Below are positions 60,874 to 64,000 of a stretch of DNA of 64,000 nt, one piece after another. Below the pieces are notes generated by a model. It did no database searches. It was not told the DNA's origin and saw nothing but the letters and a program-made list of their open reading frames with translations. A program made the translations under genes and the position numbers. Location: NCBI GenBank assembly GCA_043228905.1, contig JBHGNT010000116.1, positions 14,315 through 78,314 on the forward strand, in the 5' to 3' direction. The stretch comes from Azolla caroliniana. Taxonomy: Eukaryota; Plantae; Polypodiophyta. Each line of letters starts with the position of its first letter. The first letter of the stretch is position 1.

Positions 60874-61978
60874 CATAGTACGTAAAATTCGTGTTCGTCT
60901 GCCATATCATTCGTTTTCATACGTTGGAAAACGAACACGAATGATATGCAAATATTCGTGTGTTTTTTTTTTTTCATTTTTTTCATTTTTTTTTTCATTT
61001 TTTTTTCATTTTTTTTCAATTTTTTTCAATTTTTCCCTCTTTTCTCCCTTTCCCTCTGCACTAACGTTACGCTCTCTTCTCCTCTTACAACCTAGCCTCA
61101 AACGATTTGCGATTCTGCAGAGTGCATTCAACCTTCAGGTATATTTAGTGTAGAAATATGGTTTTAATTTCAGTGATGAAATTTCTGTGCTGAAAAATCA
61201 GAAATTTCTGTGCTAAAAAATCAGAAATTTCATCACGAAATTTCAGAAATTTCATCACAGAAATTTCTGTGATGATTGAAATTTCTGAAATTTCAATCAA
61301 ATTTTCTGAAATTTCAATCATCACTGAAATTTCAGAAATTTTGATTGAAATTTCAGAAATTTTGATTGAAATTTCTGAAAAATTTCTGTGATGAAATTTC
61401 ATCGTGAAATTTCTGAAATTTCTGTGATGAAATTTCATCATGCGCAGAAATTTCGTGATGAAATTTCATCACAGAAATTTCAGAAATTTCAGTGATGATT
61501 GAAATTTCAGAAATTTTGATTGAAATTTCATCTTTCAGAAATTTCGTGATGAAATTTCATCACTGAAATTTTTGAAATTTCATAATTTCAGAAATTTCTT
61601 GATAAAATTTTTGAAATTTCATCACTGAAATTTCTGTGATGTAATGTTTGAAATTTTTGAAGATGATGATATCACCTTGAATGAAGATTAGGAATGCTTG
61701 TTTTGATGTAACACCTCATTGAGGATTTTTTTGGAGACTAGGCATTTTGGGTAGTTGTTATTAGAATTTACGAAAAAAAAGCATATTGTTATTAAGAAAG
61801 TAATATGTTTTTTTTTTGCAATTTTTTAATTTTTTTTCCGTGAAAAAATGTTTACCTTATAGTAAACCATTTATCCAAAAGTATGGTATTTATCATTCTT
61901 CGAGAGTGTTTATCATTCTCGAATGATTGAATCATTCTCGAACACGATGCACGAATGGTACACATGGTTCATACTATG
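60874..61978. mobile_element. Non-autonomous hAT-like DNA transposon
   Basis: Short TIR CATAGTA(C/T)G; 8-bp TSD GCGATAGG (60866-60873 and 61979-61986); subterminal CGAACACGA / TCGTGTTCG motifs at both ends. Confidence 0.8.
61166..61660. repeat. Array of palindromic GAAATTTC units
   Basis: Dozens of (T)GAAATTTC(A) units with short TGTGAT/ATCACA spacers in both orientations. Confidence 0.85.
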
Positions 61979-62671
61979 GCGATAGGGATCTACAACATAT
62001 GCGCCATGGTTTAGGGTTTAGGGTGGAAAAGTCTAAACTAAAGTAGTTGTAAATGAGGCGTAAAGTTGAACTAGTCAAGTTCATTTTGAGAGTAGTACAA
62101 GCAACACGACACTTACTATCTTGTTCTAGACAAAATTTGCAAGAAGGCATGAGAATCCATCATGTGACATGTGTATAACTTGATAATCTCTCCTACCACT
62201 TGCATCAAATGATACCGATGTAACGTAAGGACCACACAAGGATAACATATTTGAATCACCAATGACTTATTTCCTACAACACATCTCCTAACTGCAAAAA
62301 GATAACATATTCCAATAATCGATGACTTGGTTTCCTTATAACACATCCGCCAACTGAAAAAGGATAACATATTTGAATACTCAATGACTCACTTTCCTAT
62401 TAACACACCCCTTACGCATTAACAACCAATGCCCTCCTTCCTTGAGGGAGATATCTTGTACTAGAATTCGAGTTACAAAAGTAGTCTAATACAACAAAGA
62501 CACCATTGACACGCTTTGGAATTGAATTTATAGCAATGAACAAGAGTCGTGTGGATAAAGAAAACAGTCATGGAAGGTTGGAAACATTCAAGGTTGGCCC
62601 ACTTTTCCGAGGAATATGTGTGTGTATGTAGATAAGTGGTCAAGATATACTACTACTTCTACTACTACTAC

Positions 62672-62676
62672 ATATA

Positions 62677-62753
<77 letters not shown>
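62672..62753. repeat. Compound (TA)n(GA)n microsatellite upstream of the cyanamide hydratase-like gene
   Basis: Directly visible dinucleotide runs. Confidence 0.9.
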
Positions 62754-62755
<2 letters not shown>

Positions 62756-62819
62756 ACTAGCAAGAGATCATCACAAGAAGTTGAAGAGGAGGAGTGGAAG
62801 AAGAATTAGCTAACTATAC

Positions 62820-63559
62820 ATGGCCTCCAATGCTAGTGTTGTTGGAGGGTTCGATTACTTCCGGATCCGGACAGAGGTGACGGATGCATTGCAACGGGCG
62901 AAGGACGGAAAGTTCCAACCCCGACACATCCCATTGTCATCGATTCCATTACCATCCACCCCATTGACGGCTGCAGCAACCAAACTTGCGGAGGTCGAAC
63001 TTCACCCCTCCATCTTCTCACATTGCCTCCGCACATACTTCTTCGGGACCATCATCGCTTCCAACGTGTTTCCGGACCTAAGGGTGGGACCCCGAGACAT
63101 TTTACTTGGCAGCCTTGCTACACGATGTGAAGTGCACGAGCCACGCTTTCCGGGAATCCAATGTCTCATTCGAGTTTCACGGGGGCATGGCATCACGCGC
63201 TTCCTCGTGGATGTGGCGGGGGCACCTCCACACCTCGGGGACACGGTGATGGAGGCCATATGCCGACATAAGGATTCGGATGTCGCGGGCTATGGTTTCT
63301 CTCCCGAGGGCCAAATGTTGAGGTTCGGGCACAACTCGATGTGCTGGGCACTTACACCCAACTCATCCACACCGATACCATAGCCGAGGTCGTGAAGGCG
63401 TATCCTCGCCTCGGGTTCAATGAAGTGTTCGCCGACACTCTCGTGGAGGAGGCCCATGTGAAACGATTTTGCACTAGTGTGTCGCTCCTTGCGCCCAACA
63501 GTGCTCTAACTCTCATTCGCCGCAACCCTGTGATGAAAGAATTTGACAACTGGGAGTGA
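62820..63559 (+). pseudogene. Cyanamide hydratase (Cah/Ddi2-like, HD-domain) gene with three 1-nt frameshifts; pseudogene or sequencing errors
   Basis: Reconstructed frames read FSHCLRTYFF...FPDL.WDPETFYLAALLHDV...SFEFHGGMASR.FL...DTVMEAICRHKD...QLDVLGTYTQLIHTDTIAEVVKAYPRLGF. This is colinear with yeast Ddi2/3 as recalled. Shifts occur near 63083, 63198 and 63328. No introns seen. Confidence 0.82.
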
Positions 63560-64000
63560 AAACTCCCCACACATATGTATATCATCCCCCCATGATCTAT
63601 GATCTGATCTTATCTATCCCCATATATAGAGAAATGTAGCTAATGGTAGTTTGTGATGAAATTTTGTATTGGGCTTACAGGGCACTTTTTAGTGTTTGGT
63701 AGTGTTATATATATATATATTATTATATATATATATATTGTTCCCATTAAAATTATGAATATTTCTCTAATTTTCAATATTCGAGTTCAAAAATGCTAAA
63801 TCTTTTTATGTTGGATATCAAATGTAATGACCTCATTATTCAACAACAATCTTGAAGGGCTGTTTATTATCTCTTCTTTTATCATGGGTAGACAAGAGTT
63901 CCCTCTCTCCTACACCCTAAACCCTAAATATATATAAGTTTCTAAGTTTATATAAAAAGAATGATGCCTGCGATGATGAGGTAAAATACTCCTTTCTAAT

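Noticed and set aside
61166-61660. CRISPR-like or coding repeat (ORF 61145-61441)
   Set aside because: No unique spacers or cas genes, eukaryotic context, and the ORF is just the translated repeat.
62820-63383. The 187-aa ORF as the true product
   Set aside because: Its middle (about 63085-63200) is out of frame with the conserved LLHD and SFEFHGG motifs. Two compensating indels keep it open.

Overview
Eukaryotic nuclear DNA, most likely from a non-seed land plant such as a moss (inference). About 58 kb is a resolvable nest of retroelements. Nest 1: a degenerate Copia element whose 3' LTR is split by about 29 kb of Ty3/Gypsy insertions. Nest 2: a ~6.2-kb L1-type LINE with a 19-bp TSD, split by about 19.6 kb of further insertions. 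Eleven insertions belong to one non-chromoviral Gypsy group (Phygy/Selgy-like by inference), recognised by TGTCG..CGACA LTR ends, a tRNA-Trp PBS and 4-bp TSDs. The group includes four autonomous-type copies, four non-autonomous satellites and three solo LTRs. All eleven target sites read NCGN, which suggests CpG-directed integration. Members share covarying RNA structures (a pre-PPT hairpin with a palindromic loop and a U5-leader stem), and the autonomous type has a -1 frameshift signal after the protease. An intact Tcn1-like chromovirus shows Tf1-type self-priming. It and the intact Gag-only satellite both carry antisense tRNA-like A/B boxes in their LTRs. The last 6 kb contains a plastid-type trnY relic, a MULE-like and a hAT-like non-autonomous transposon, and an intronless, frameshifted fungal-type cyanamide hydratase gene. 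All comparisons were made by eye; no database searches were run.
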